Source of the DNA: a virus
Lineage: Duplodnaviria; Caudoviricetes
Length of the DNA stretch: 54,090 nt
Strand: one strand, 5' to 3'
Virus record (IMG/VR): IMGVR_UViG_3300021962_000142
Location: 1 to 54,090 of that record
Both the position numbers and the translations under genes were made by a program. Positions 1-7,871 of this stretch are shown here, one piece after another. Every line of letters starts with the position of its first letter. The stretch's first letter is position 1. Below the pieces are notes generated by a model. It saw only the letters and a list, made by a program, of their open reading frames with translations, did not search any database and was not told where the DNA came from.

Positions 1-12
1 AGCAGGAACAGC

Positions 13-948
13 TCAATCATTGAGGAGCCCCACTGCGCCGTAGTCAGGCAGCCGCTGCGGCGGATACCCGTCGATCGAACCGTAGACCCAGCAGTCGTTG
101 CCCTTCACGCACACATCGAAGTCTTCGGCGGTGGTGATGAACATGCCGGGAACGTAGGGCGGATATTCCTTGGGCCAGTACTTGGGCTTCTGGCACCACG
201 GGCCCCAACTGTTGACGATCCCCCACACGCGCGTGGGATAGAACTCCTTGGTGTCGTCATAAAAGGCGATGGCCATGGCATGCGACCATCCGCCCGGAGC
301 GCGTGGGTAGATTCCCTTCTCGTTCGACTCGCCCTTCCAGGCCGCGTACTGCCCGGAGCATGCGCCGTAGCCGTTCACCATGGCGTCCATTAGTTCGTCC
401 TGCGATTTGACGAGGCTGATAACGCCGACCTTGTTGGACCTGCACAGCTCCTGCACGCTGGCCGGCACGCCTGCGCCACCCCACTTGGCTCCGATGCTGG
501 AGTCATACTGGGTGAGGTTGACGACGCCGGGGTAGTCGGTGCGTGCCAGGAACCCAACGTCTCGCTCAAACCGGGCCGCCCGTGCCGGGCTCATGCCCTG
601 CCCGGAGTGTCCGCGAGCGCCATAGGTAGGCTCCGTGGCGCCCATGCGGAACCAGTCATGCGGCTCATGGTTCACCAGAATCTGCACGGCACGGGTGATG
701 TCACGGCAGTTGCGGTGGGCGTGGCTGGTGCAGTCGCCGGTCGTTTGTCTCTCAGTGAAACACTTGGAATCCAACTGCTTGGCGTAGGCGTACAGCATGG
801 CACGCTTGCCGATGCCCATGCCGCGGATGTTGGGCTCGGAGAAATGCTGGTAACGCTGCGTGGCGAAGAACTCATCCTGCGCGCGTGGGTCTTGGATGTA
901 CCCGGGCAGGCCGTCCTCGTACTGCTTGAGCATGCTGACCTCAGTCAC
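13..948 (-). CDS. Papain-like (C1 family) cysteine peptidase
   Basis: QTTGDCTSHA (Gln/Cys), WSHAMAI (His) and IVNSWG (Asn) catalytic motifs in the expected order. Confidence 0.8.
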   Translation of the reverse strand: MTEVSMLKQYEDGLPGYIQDPRAQDEFFATQRYQHFSEPNIRGMGIGKRAMLYAYAKQLDSKCFTERQTTGDCTSHAHRNCRDITRAVQILVNHEPHDWFRMGATEPTYGARGHSGQGMSPARAARFERDVGFLARTDYPGVVNLTQYDSSIGAKWGGAGVPASVQELCRSNKVGVISLVKSQDELMDAMVNGYGACSGQYAAWKGESNEKGIYPRAPGGWSHAMAIAFYDDTKEFYPTRVWGIVNSWGPWCQKPKYWPKEYPPYVPGMFITTAEDFDVCVKGNDCWVYGSIDGYPPQRLPDYGAVGLLND

Positions 949-1336
949 ACTGCGCCTCCACTGCGCGGCATGCCTTGGCCAGCGATGCGACTCGCTCCGG
1001 GTCCATGGCCACGTTGTCTAGGCTGACATGCGCGGCCATCACCTGCTCCACCGCCCGGTCCAGCCCGGGATACTTGCCCACCAGATCGGTGCCGCCCACT
1101 GCTAGCCGCAGGCTGTCGGCATGGACCTTACGCCATGCGGCAGTAGTGGAGATGAGCTTGCCAGCATCCCGCTCTGTGATGTCAGCGAGTGCGGAATAAA
1201 TTCCGGCGACACGCTGCCGATCTTGCCGCGTGGCGTTGCGCAGTGCGTCTGCGACCGGGCCTGCCTTCTGCGGCGAGGCCGGGAGGAATGTCAGCACCAC
1301 TGCGACTGCGGCAGCGGCGACGAGTGCGTGCCTCAT
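941..1336 (-). CDS. Hypothetical protein with N-terminal signal/TM segment
   Basis: ATG at 1336 overlaps the upstream stop (ATGA); MRHALVAAAAVAVVLTFLPA is hydrophobic. Confidence 0.65.
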   Translation of the reverse strand: MRHALVAAAAVAVVLTFLPASPQKAGPVADALRNATRQDRQRVAGIYSALADITERDAGKLISTTAAWRKVHADSLRLAVGGTDLVGKYPGLDRAVEQVMAAHVSLDNVAMDPERVASLAKACRAVEAQCD

Positions 1337-1533
1337 TTCAGCAGCGCCTCCAACAAGACCGTGCATGCTTTACGCACCTCCGGGCTGGTGGCGCCGTCAC
1401 GGATCGCCAGCACTGAACGAATCTGACTCATGCTGTCCGGCGTCCGTTTGATCTGCGACAGGAGCCCCGGCAGGTACACAACGGCGGCGACGACGGCGAG
1501 CGCACACAACGCAACTATCTGCATGGCATTCAC
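1333..1533 (-). CDS. Small membrane protein
   Basis: GTG at 1533 overlaps the S8 stop (GTGA); IVALCALAVVAAVVYLPGLL TM segment. Confidence 0.6.
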   Translation of the reverse strand: MNAMQIVALCALAVVAAVVYLPGLLSQIKRTPDSMSQIRSVLAIRDGATSPEVRKACTVLLEALLK

Positions 1534-2462
1534 AGCACCTTGGCTCCGGGGATGTAGATGGTCAGGCCCTGCGGAGTTGCCGGGCCCAACAACTTGTGCG
1601 GGTCCACCAGCCCCCAGCCGTAACGATCGCATCGGCCGGGCTCATTGGGGTCACGGGCCGTCTCCGTGAGGGCAGCGATTGCCTCAAGCGGAGTGGCCGT
1701 CAGGCGCTCCGACCTGCGTGCCGACATCCAGAGCGCCAGCACACCAGCGACGAACGGCGCCGCCATGCTGGTGCCGCTTATGGTGGCGTACCCGCCGGCC
1801 AGCCAGGTGCTGGTGATGTCCTGCCCCGGAGCTGCGACTGTGATCTCACGCCCGCGGGACGAGAACTCGCACACCTGGCCGTTCCGATCCACTGCGCCCA
1901 CGGCGATCGTCTCTGCGAACGCAGCCGGGTAGTTCACGGCACCGCCGTCATTGCCGGCAGCACAGACGATCGTCATGCCACCGGCCACCGCTTTCTGCAC
2001 GGCAGCATGGACGCGGACATCCGGGCGGGCTGAGCCCAGCGACATGCAGGCGATGTCAGCCTTCGCCTCTGCCGCGTAGTTCAGCGCGGTCGCAACCGCC
2101 TCCTGGCTGCCCATGCCACTGTGCCCCAAAACCTTTAGCGAGAGCAGCTTTGCCTTGTGGGCAATGCCCTGCGCTGGGCCAGTCCTCGCAGCGATGACGC
2201 CGGCTACGTGCGTGCCGTGACCAAGAGTGTCCGTGGCCTCGCCGTCTTGCGTGAAGTTCCGGCTGTCGGTTACCGCACCATCCAAGGCCGGGTGCGGGGC
2301 CACGCCGGAGTCGATCACGGCGACACAAACCCCACTCCCACTCGTCTGCTGCCATAGCTTGGGTATCCCGTAGGACGAGAGCGCCCAGTCCACACCGTCA
2401 GCCGCGGCCAACGGAGTGGCCGGAATCTCCACACGGTATGGAGGGAGGTGAACGTAGCTCAT
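1530..2462 (-). CDS. Subtilisin-like S8 serine peptidase
   Basis: VAVIDSG (Asp), GHGTHVAG (His), AAGN (oxyanion Asn), SGTSMAAP (Ser). Confidence 0.95.
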   Translation of the reverse strand: MSYVHLPPYRVEIPATPLAAADGVDWALSSYGIPKLWQQTSGSGVCVAVIDSGVAPHPALDGAVTDSRNFTQDGEATDTLGHGTHVAGVIAARTGPAQGIAHKAKLLSLKVLGHSGMGSQEAVATALNYAAEAKADIACMSLGSARPDVRVHAAVQKAVAGGMTIVCAAGNDGGAVNYPAAFAETIAVGAVDRNGQVCEFSSRGREITVAAPGQDITSTWLAGGYATISGTSMAAPFVAGVLALWMSARRSERLTATPLEAIAALTETARDPNEPGRCDRYGWGLVDPHKLLGPATPQGLTIYIPGAKVL

Positions 2463-2791
2463 CGCACGCGGCCGAGGGCCTCCAGCAGTGCGATGACGAT
2501 GGGTATGATCACATCGATGAGCTGCTTCCAGTCGATGCCCATGGACTGCGCCTGAACACCCAGCTCAAACGCCTCCTCCATTTCGTAGGAGCCGTACATG
2601 TCGCCGCCGTCGAACGACATCACGGACACATCCTCCTGCTGAAACACAGGCAGGAGCAGCCGGGCGATCTCGTCAACCACCTTCCACTTGGTAAGCAGGT
2701 CGCTGTCGGCGTTCCATTTCTTGGCCACCTCCACCACCTGCGTGAGGACGGCACGGTGGGCCAACAGCCAGCGCAATACAGCAAGATTCAT
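2459..2791 (-). CDS. Hypothetical protein with C-terminal hydrophobic helix (possible holin-like)
   Basis: ATG at 2791 coupled by ATGA; ends IDWKQLIDVIIPIVIALLEALGRVR. Confidence 0.6.
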   Translation of the reverse strand: MNLAVLRWLLAHRAVLTQVVEVAKKWNADSDLLTKWKVVDEIARLLLPVFQQEDVSVMSFDGGDMYGSYEMEEAFELGVQAQSMGIDWKQLIDVIIPIVIALLEALGRVR

Positions 2792-3087
2792 TCTGTCACC
2801 TCGTTGTCTAAAAGGGCGACGGCCACGGTGGCGTGACCGGCGATGTCCAGTAGTGTTTCCCGTATGGCCCCCCGCATATCTATTGCTCCCGCCAGGCCGT
2901 TGAGCCGCCGGAGCTTCTCCCCGATTCTCGCCACTTGGTATATCCACGGGATTATTCCCTGTTCCGACACGCCGCGGGCGTTTTCTAGTGGGCTTTTGTG
3001 CGGACACCCGTAGTAATTCCTTTTGCGGGTGAGCAGCGAATGCAGCTCCTCGCACACCGGGAGGTACGGGTCACCAAGGTCTTTCAC
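2788..3087 (-). CDS. DUF1599 / nucleotide-modification-associated domain 1-like protein
   Basis: Pattern LTRKRNYYG...RIGEKLRRL...RETLLDIAGHA resembles the family's KxxDYG...R..DK..RL...DTL.D.ANY. Confidence 0.6.
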   Translation of the reverse strand: MKDLGDPYLPVCEELHSLLTRKRNYYGCPHKSPLENARGVSEQGIIPWIYQVARIGEKLRRLNGLAGAIDMRGAIRETLLDIAGHATVAVALLDNEVTE

Positions 3088-3412
3088 GGGCGGCCTGCTG
3101 AATTCGCCCGTACTCAGCCCAGAAGGTGGGGTGGTGCCACGGGTCTTCGGCGTCTTTGGTATCGATAAGACTCGCCGTCCGCGCGTGCGCCCACTCTTCG
3201 ATGAACGTGTCGATTGTGCCTGCATGATCCTGCCCCTCCTGAATTGAGATCACTCCCCGCTCGCTGTCATAGTCATATTCAAACAGCCCCAGGTTCCCCC
3301 CCATCCGGTGCTTCGCTCTCAGGTACACCCGCACCGGGTACTCCACCGGGAACCGCTCTTCCGCCCACGCCTTGAGCGTGCGCAACAATTTCTTCCGCCA
3401 GTCGGCTGACAT
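3071..3412 (-). CDS. SprT/zincin-like small protein with variant EExxH motif
   Basis: DTFIEEWAHA...WHHPTFW resembles zincin HExxH plus downstream His. Confidence 0.45.
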   Translation of the reverse strand: MSADWRKKLLRTLKAWAEERFPVEYPVRVYLRAKHRMGGNLGLFEYDYDSERGVISIQEGQDHAGTIDTFIEEWAHARTASLIDTKDAEDPWHHPTFWAEYGRIQQAARERPW

Positions 3413-3695
3413 CGGTGAGCCTCACTATGCAAAGCCACTCACGCCTGGATCGCCTATGCAGCACTACGGGGATGTTGTCTTTGGCGTCACGCACGGCCTG
3501 GTCCACCCAGCCGTAGGGATTGCCACGCTCCGTGCGCTTCACCTCCAGATGGATTGCTCCGCAGTCGGTGACCACATCCGGGCTGTCGGTGCCGCCGCTG
3601 AATTGCTGGCCGCGCCGGGCCGTGCCGCCGATGGCGGCCACCCACGCCTTGCTGGCCTCCAGCTCACCGCGTTTGCCCTTGCTGCGACTGTTCAC
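3279..3695 (-). CDS. Holliday-junction resolvase-like PD-(D/E)XK nuclease
   Basis: SRSKGKRGELE...SPDV...LEVKR...PVVLHRR, typical of phage Hjc-like resolvases. Confidence 0.8.
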   Translation of the reverse strand: MNSRSKGKRGELEASKAWVAAIGGTARRGQQFSGGTDSPDVVTDCGAIHLEVKRTERGNPYGWVDQAVRDAKDNIPVVLHRRSRREWLCIVRLTDVSRLAEEIVAHAQGVGGRAVPGGVPGAGVPESEAPDGGEPGAV

Positions 3696-3928
3696 AGCGA
3701 CGCCCCCCGCCCTGAGTAATCACGCACATCGATCTTGGAGAGCGTCGGGAACTGCTCATGCAGCAGCTTCACGTTGGTGAGCAGGCACTTCTTGCCCAGC
3801 ACCTTCTCGTTCTTCTGAATCCACTCACCGACCGCGCCCCAGAACCGGAAGTCCCGGGCGTCTCCTTCGGTGGGCCAGCCGACATCGAACTGTCGGCCGG
3901 TCGTCTTAATCTGCGCCGTGGCCAGCAT
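3692..3928 (-). CDS. Hypothetical protein
   Basis: ORF fills the operon; its stop overlaps the next start. Confidence 0.55.
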   Translation of the reverse strand: MLATAQIKTTGRQFDVGWPTEGDARDFRFWGAVGEWIQKNEKVLGKKCLLTNVKLLHEQFPTLSKIDVRDYSGRGASL

Positions 3929-4298
3929 CGGGTTCCTCCGCGGTCAGTCGTTCAGCCATGATGTCGAAGAAGTGGTTTGGCCTTGGCTTGGCGACACGCT
4001 GCTCTATCAGCCACTCCGTGAGCGTCTCGCCGGACGACAGGTCAGCGAGGTCGCCCAGCAGCCGGCCGTACTCATCACGGAAGGTGTCGCCGCCCAAGAG
4101 TCGCAGCCGGCCGAAATCTGCGTGAATCTCCACCCAGTCGCAGATGTGCCGCTTGGCATCCGGCTCGCAGCTCACGCCTTCCAACAGCAGTGGGATTTCG
4201 CAGTTGGCTTGGATGTGCGGAATCCACAGCCGGATGATCACGGTGTCGCAGCGAGTGACGCGGCGAACCTCGCATGTCAGGGGCGTCGGGACGGCCAT
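3906..4298 (-). CDS. Degenerate thermonuclease (SNase)-fold protein
   Basis: VRRVTRCDTV...LLLEGV...DEYGRLLGDL...TLTEWLIEQRVAKP mirrors SNase VxDGDT/LxGID/DKYGRxL/LVxxGLA. Confidence 0.6.
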   Translation of the reverse strand: MAVPTPLTCEVRRVTRCDTVIIRLWIPHIQANCEIPLLLEGVSCEPDAKRHICDWVEIHADFGRLRLLGGDTFRDEYGRLLGDLADLSSGETLTEWLIEQRVAKPRPNHFFDIMAERLTAEEPDAGHGAD

Positions 4299-4672
4299 AG
4301 GTTGGTCTGACGTTCTTGCAGGTAGAAATCCGGGATCGGCTGTGGTTCGTAGCCCAAGTGTTTCTTGTGTCGCAGCGACGCCAGGTACTGCGGATCGAAA
4401 AATTCCGGGTCAGATTCCTGCTTCGCCGTGAGGAGTATACCTTTGTTCAGATCGGGGAAGCGACCATAGATTTGACCGCTGTGGAAAACTCCGTGGCACC
4501 GCTCGCAGAGCGAAAGCAGGCACCGCCGATCATGCTTGCGCGCGGCACCTTGCTGGAGGTGGTGAATCTCCATGCGCCGCCGGCCGTCCGACTCAGGCCA
4601 CCAGCACACGGCGCAGGATCGGAAGAGCGCGGCGAACTCGCTCAGAACTCCGCGTCCGACATCTCGTCCCAC
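4277..4672 (-). CDS. HNH-type endonuclease (Zn-binding)
   Basis: CAVC...EIHH...LLSLCERCHGVFH; start uncertain. Confidence 0.7.
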   Translation of the reverse strand: MGRDVGRGVLSEFAALFRSCAVCWWPESDGRRRMEIHHLQQGAARKHDRRCLLSLCERCHGVFHSGQIYGRFPDLNKGILLTAKQESDPEFFDPQYLASLRHKKHLGYEPQPIPDFYLQERQTNLWPSRRP

Positions 4673-5238
4673 TCAGGTATCGCCTCCCTGCATTCCTCCA
4701 AGATGTCACGGCACACATCACGCAGGGCTGCGTGGTTGTAGCCTTCGATCGACAGCGACATCTGGTACAGCACCTGCGCCCAGTCAGCGCACACGGCGCA
4801 GTAGGTGGTGGTTTCCTTGCGGCGAGTCCATGCCAGCTCCTTGCGCACTTGGCTGCCACGCAGGTAGGCCAGCCACTCGTCCAAGATCATGGTCGGACGA
4901 TCACGCCAGTACGGGTCCCTCGCTTGCGAGATGTAGGTCTTGTAGATGCTGCCGCGCTTGTCGTTGGGTATGGCCCGGAACACCCGCTCCGTGGAGATGG
5001 GCGGGACCGGAACCCACCGACGATGACCATCCATCCAGTACAAGCCGTGGATGCGGTCACCTCCCTTGGACAGGAAGTGGCTGGCCTCATGCGCCCATGT
5101 AATTGGGCATGGCTCCCAGGCCGGCGAGTCCTCCGGCAGCCGGCAGACGAGGTCGGCCAGCGTCGGCGGCATGCCGTCAGGGGTGACCCACAGAGCTGGC
5201 AGTTCGCAGGCGACGGCGATCATGGCTAATTCCCACAT
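4642..5238 (-). CDS. Hypothetical protein with HExxH motif (possible zincin metallopeptidase)
   Basis: ITWAHEASH; hydrophobic N-terminus MWELAMIAVAC; downstream ILDEW as a possible third ligand. Confidence 0.5.
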   Translation of the reverse strand: MWELAMIAVACELPALWVTPDGMPPTLADLVCRLPEDSPAWEPCPITWAHEASHFLSKGGDRIHGLYWMDGHRRWVPVPPISTERVFRAIPNDKRGSIYKTYISQARDPYWRDRPTMILDEWLAYLRGSQVRKELAWTRRKETTTYCAVCADWAQVLYQMSLSIEGYNHAALRDVCRDILEECREAIPEWDEMSDAEF

Positions 5239-5909
5239 GTGGTCACCAGAGGCCCTGGCGTGCGTTCTGGCGGCCGATCGGCCGAAGCGGCCTGCTGTAC
5301 GCCTGAACACCTCTCCGGGCCGTAGAAGAGATGCTGGGTGCCTGAAACGTCGAATGCCGAGTCCTCCGCCTGGTAGACCTCTTCTTGGACCGTGTAGCCC
5401 ATGGAGCGGGGGTCCGGGTTCCGGCCGATGAAGTAGGCATCCCGCCACGCAATCCGGTTGGTCGGCAGGCAGCAGAGGTTGCCGTTGTCCAACGCCAGTA
5501 CGTGGCCGCACTTGTTTTGGTCTGGGTGCAGGACGAAGCCAGGCTGCTCCCAGCTATCTGGTAGCCAGTCCAGCGTGAAGAGGTACGTGCCTTCCGCCGG
5601 CCCGCTGCGCCGATAGGCGACGGCCTCATGCTCACGCAGGTAGGAGTAGACGTTCACTTCCGCTCTGAACGTGAAGCAGTCCCAGAGCTGGCAGTCGCCA
5701 AGCGCCACCGGCTCGGCGTCAGGGCGCAGGGCTAACGCATGGATCGGAACGTGCCGATAGTGCGCGCCGCTCTTCAGCATGCAATGGAATGCCAGTGCGC
5801 GTCCTGGGATCGACGAGATCGCAAACGCATACGCCTCCTCCATGCCTTCCCTCTTGGAGACGAATGGCAGCCTGACCCAGCAGCGCAGGTAGGGGATGTC
5901 ACAGTTCAT
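5226..5909 (-). CDS. Conserved phage hypothetical protein
   Basis: MNCDIPYLRCWVR...SIPGRALAFHCML..GA.YR.VPIHAL...QLWDCF...PTNRI pattern recalled from aquatic phage proteins. Confidence 0.7.
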   Translation of the reverse strand: MNCDIPYLRCWVRLPFVSKREGMEEAYAFAISSIPGRALAFHCMLKSGAHYRHVPIHALALRPDAEPVALGDCQLWDCFTFRAEVNVYSYLREHEAVAYRRSGPAEGTYLFTLDWLPDSWEQPGFVLHPDQNKCGHVLALDNGNLCCLPTNRIAWRDAYFIGRNPDPRSMGYTVQEEVYQAEDSAFDVSGTQHLFYGPERCSGVQQAASADRPPERTPGPLVTTCGN

Positions 5910-5994
5910 GGCTGTGCCGGTCGATGAGGAATGCAATCACGCAGAGCGCCATCACAGTCACCCAGAACCAATCGATGCCGTACTCCCCGTTCAT
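5899..5994 (-). CDS. 31-aa membrane peptide
   Basis: Hand-translated MNGEYGIDWFWVTVMALCVIAFLIDRHSHEL; overlaps the next start. Confidence 0.45.
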   Translation of the reverse strand: MNGEYGIDWFWVTVMALCVIAFLIDRHSHEL

Positions 5995-6242
5995 ATTCAA
6001 TTACCTGCGTAAACTGTAGCCTTTCCATACGATTGGTCGTCGCCACGCTACCGCTTCGACGACACGTAAGCTACCGATCCGACGAAACAGAAACTGTCAC
6101 TTTCCGGCATGTTGTGTATGGCATTTCACGCTGATTGCCTGCCAGCCAAATATTGAGAAATAGCGTGACGATCCAGCAGGCCACGCAGCGTGTCATCGGC
6201 TGGGTGCGGCGCGGATTCGGTCGCCAATCGGCGGATTATCAC

Positions 6243-6266
6243 GTTCCGCATAAATACTGGTTCGCT
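6243..6266 (+). other. attI-like / Xer-like simple recombination site
   Basis: GTTCCGCATAA-ATACTG-GTTCGCT; TAA-N6-GTT geometry as in attI1; left arm resembles XerC boxes (..CGCATAA). Confidence 0.4.
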
Positions 6267-6268
6267 GG

Positions 6269-6532
6269 CTACTTGGCGTCCGTTGGTGGGGCAGGGAGCG
6301 GCATCCAATGCGAAACCCTTTTCAGCATCCGGCCCCCTCGTTTCTCAAAACCCTGACATGCGTGCCACCATTCGCTCCGCCAAAACTCAGCGTTGCATCG
6401 CCTGCCGTCGGCGTACGCGAGAACCTCTTCTCCATCGTCCGGCAGGCGTTCCTCCACCGGAGTCCACGCCAGCGAACCAGTCGATGCAGGAGACATCGCT
6501 GCGTCGTCCTGCGGTGTAGTTGAGTTTTCCAT
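6269..6532 (-). CDS. DUF551-family protein (cassette 1)
   Basis: WTPVEERLP...VSHWMPLPAPP signature; start codon lies inside the attC-like site. Confidence 0.85.
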   Translation of the reverse strand: MENSTTPQDDAAMSPASTGSLAWTPVEERLPDDGEEVLAYADGRRCNAEFWRSEWWHACQGFEKRGGRMLKRVSHWMPLPAPPTDAK

Positions 6533-6560
6533 GCGATGCTCCTGATCTTTGGCGTTCGCT
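6471..6560 (+). other. Integron-type attC recombination site (90 bp)
   Basis: R'' AGCGAAC, 5-nt spacer, L'' GAT[G]CAGG, extended stem AG[A]CATCGC, loop, GCGATGCT, L' CCTGATC, 6-nt spacer, R' GTTCGCT; two unpaired extrahelical bases. Confidence 0.75.
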
Positions 6561-6562
6561 TG

Positions 6563-6877
6563 CTACTTGGCGTCCGTTGGCGGGGCAGGGAGCGGCATCC
6601 AGTGGCTCACCATAGACGGGTGCATGATGGATACGCATGGTATGGAGAAGCATTGCCAGCGGTCGCCAGTCCACTCGCCAAACTCAATCTCATGCCCGTC
6701 TTTAGGCTCGCCGTCGATGAGGTAACGGCCGGGAACCCTTGTCGCAATGATGCACCTGACGCCTTCCTGCGGCAGCCGCTCCGTCACCGGAATCCACTCC
6801 CAACTCATATTCGCAATCCTCCGTTTCGCGTCGTCTTTTCCATACGATACGCCAGCGAAACACTGGTTCTGTGTCAC
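6563..6877 (-). CDS. DUF551-family protein (cassette 2)
   Basis: WIPVTERLP...VSHWMPLPAPPTDAK; the true start may be the internal MSWEW. Confidence 0.85.
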   Translation of the reverse strand: MTQNQCFAGVSYGKDDAKRRIANMSWEWIPVTERLPQEGVRCIIATRVPGRYLIDGEPKDGHEIEFGEWTGDRWQCFSIPCVSIMHPSMVSHWMPLPAPPTDAK

Positions 6878-7110
6878 TTCGTACGCTCAAGCAGGCGAGA
6901 CAAAACCGCCGCAATCTGCTCGCACTCTGCATTTCCGTCATCGTCAGCGTAGGCATCTCTGGCAACTTGCACCGCCTCCCGCTCCGCGGCGGTGAGGCGC
7001 AACCGCTCAATCTCATCGGCCGCATGGTCCAGCATGTGGCGCTGGCCGTTGAGCATCGTCCATACAGCCGCCCGCCTAAGCTGAAGAACGATGTCGTCTT
7101 GGTAGGTCAC
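6874..7110 (-). CDS. Phage hypothetical protein (AADEIERLRLT...EREAV family)
   Basis: GTG at 7110 coupled by GTGA; MTYQDDIVLQLR...AADEIERLRLTAAEREAV...LSRLLERTK. Confidence 0.65.
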   Translation of the reverse strand: MTYQDDIVLQLRRAAVWTMLNGQRHMLDHAADEIERLRLTAAEREAVQVARDAYADDDGNAECEQIAAVLSRLLERTK

Positions 7111-7250
7111 TTCGTCGTCCACATCAGCCCCCAGTTCGCCGCGGCGTAGGAGCACCAAACGAGGCAGCCGGCCGGCGACCCCTTCCACGCCTGGTCAATT
7201 CCCACAGCCAGGTAAATGAAACTGACAAACAGCAGCAGCGGTGCGCTCAC
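7107..7250 (-). CDS. 47-aa membrane protein
   Basis: Hand-translated MSAPLLLFVSFIYLAVGIDQAWKGSPAGCLVWCSYAAANWGLMWTTK; two hydrophobic segments. Confidence 0.6.
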   Translation of the reverse strand: MSAPLLLFVSFIYLAVGIDQAWKGSPAGCLVWCSYAAANWGLMWTTK

Positions 7251-7253
7251 GCT

Positions 7254-7871
7254 TCACCCCACACGTTGACCACCTTTTGGCGCAGTGCCTCCAGCTCGCT
7301 CTCCAGCATTCGGATTCGTCGAAGCAACGTAGCGATCAACTTTCTCTGTCTCTCCACCTCCAGCTCGGAAGGCTCCGGTTTCTCCATCGATCAGTTCCAA
7401 GAGATGCAACGGATAAATCAGTGACATCAGTTCGTCGGCGTGTCGCAGTGCGCTCTTGGGCGCCTCCAGCACATGCACCTCATGCTGCCGGCCTTTGTCG
7501 AACGCGGTGGCGTGCTTCCACTCCTCGTTGCGGTCCAGGATGGTGAGCCATACGAACGCGCCTGTCGGCTTGCTCACGTACACGTAGATGAGATTGGTGT
7601 GCTGCTCCAGCGCCATGCCACGCAGATCGTCCACGTACACGGTGGCAAATGGAAACGACTTCGGATCGGTGAAAGCACAGCTCCGCTCCTTGATCTCTAT
7701 GCCAACGACCGCCGCGGCGTCCGGCGTATCTACGTGCCCTGTTTTCTTGCAGTGATTCTTGGCAACGAACTTGCGACCGTGGGCAACGGCACAGTTGCGT
7801 TTGCGCATTTGCTCCACCCACAACCGCTCGGCGTGGTGACCGCTAGCCAACGCTGTCGAAAATGAACGCAT
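7254..7871 (-). CDS. PD-(D/E)XK-family nuclease-like protein
   Basis: GHHAE...TPDA...IEIKER motif. Confidence 0.55.
   Translation of the reverse strand: MRSFSTALASGHHAERLWVEQMRKRNCAVAHGRKFVAKNHCKKTGHVDTPDAAAVVGIEIKERSCAFTDPKSFPFATVYVDDLRGMALEQHTNLIYVYVSKPTGAFVWLTILDRNEEWKHATAFDKGRQHEVHVLEAPKSALRHADELMSLIYPLHLLELIDGETGAFRAGGGETEKVDRYVASTNPNAGERAGGTAPKGGQRVG

Larger units (their letters stand above)
6260..6601. repeat. 48-bp direct repeat (6260-6307 and 6554-6601; 46/48 identical)
   Basis: GTTCGCT(G/T)GCTACTTGGCGTCCGTTGG(T/C)GGGGCAGGGAGCGGCATCCA; identity begins exactly at the G of GTT. Confidence 0.95.

Noticed and set aside
6260-6601. Diversity-generating retroelement TR/VR pair
   Set aside because: Only two mismatches in 48 bp, both copies lie in paralogous gene ends, and no reverse transcriptase is in the window.
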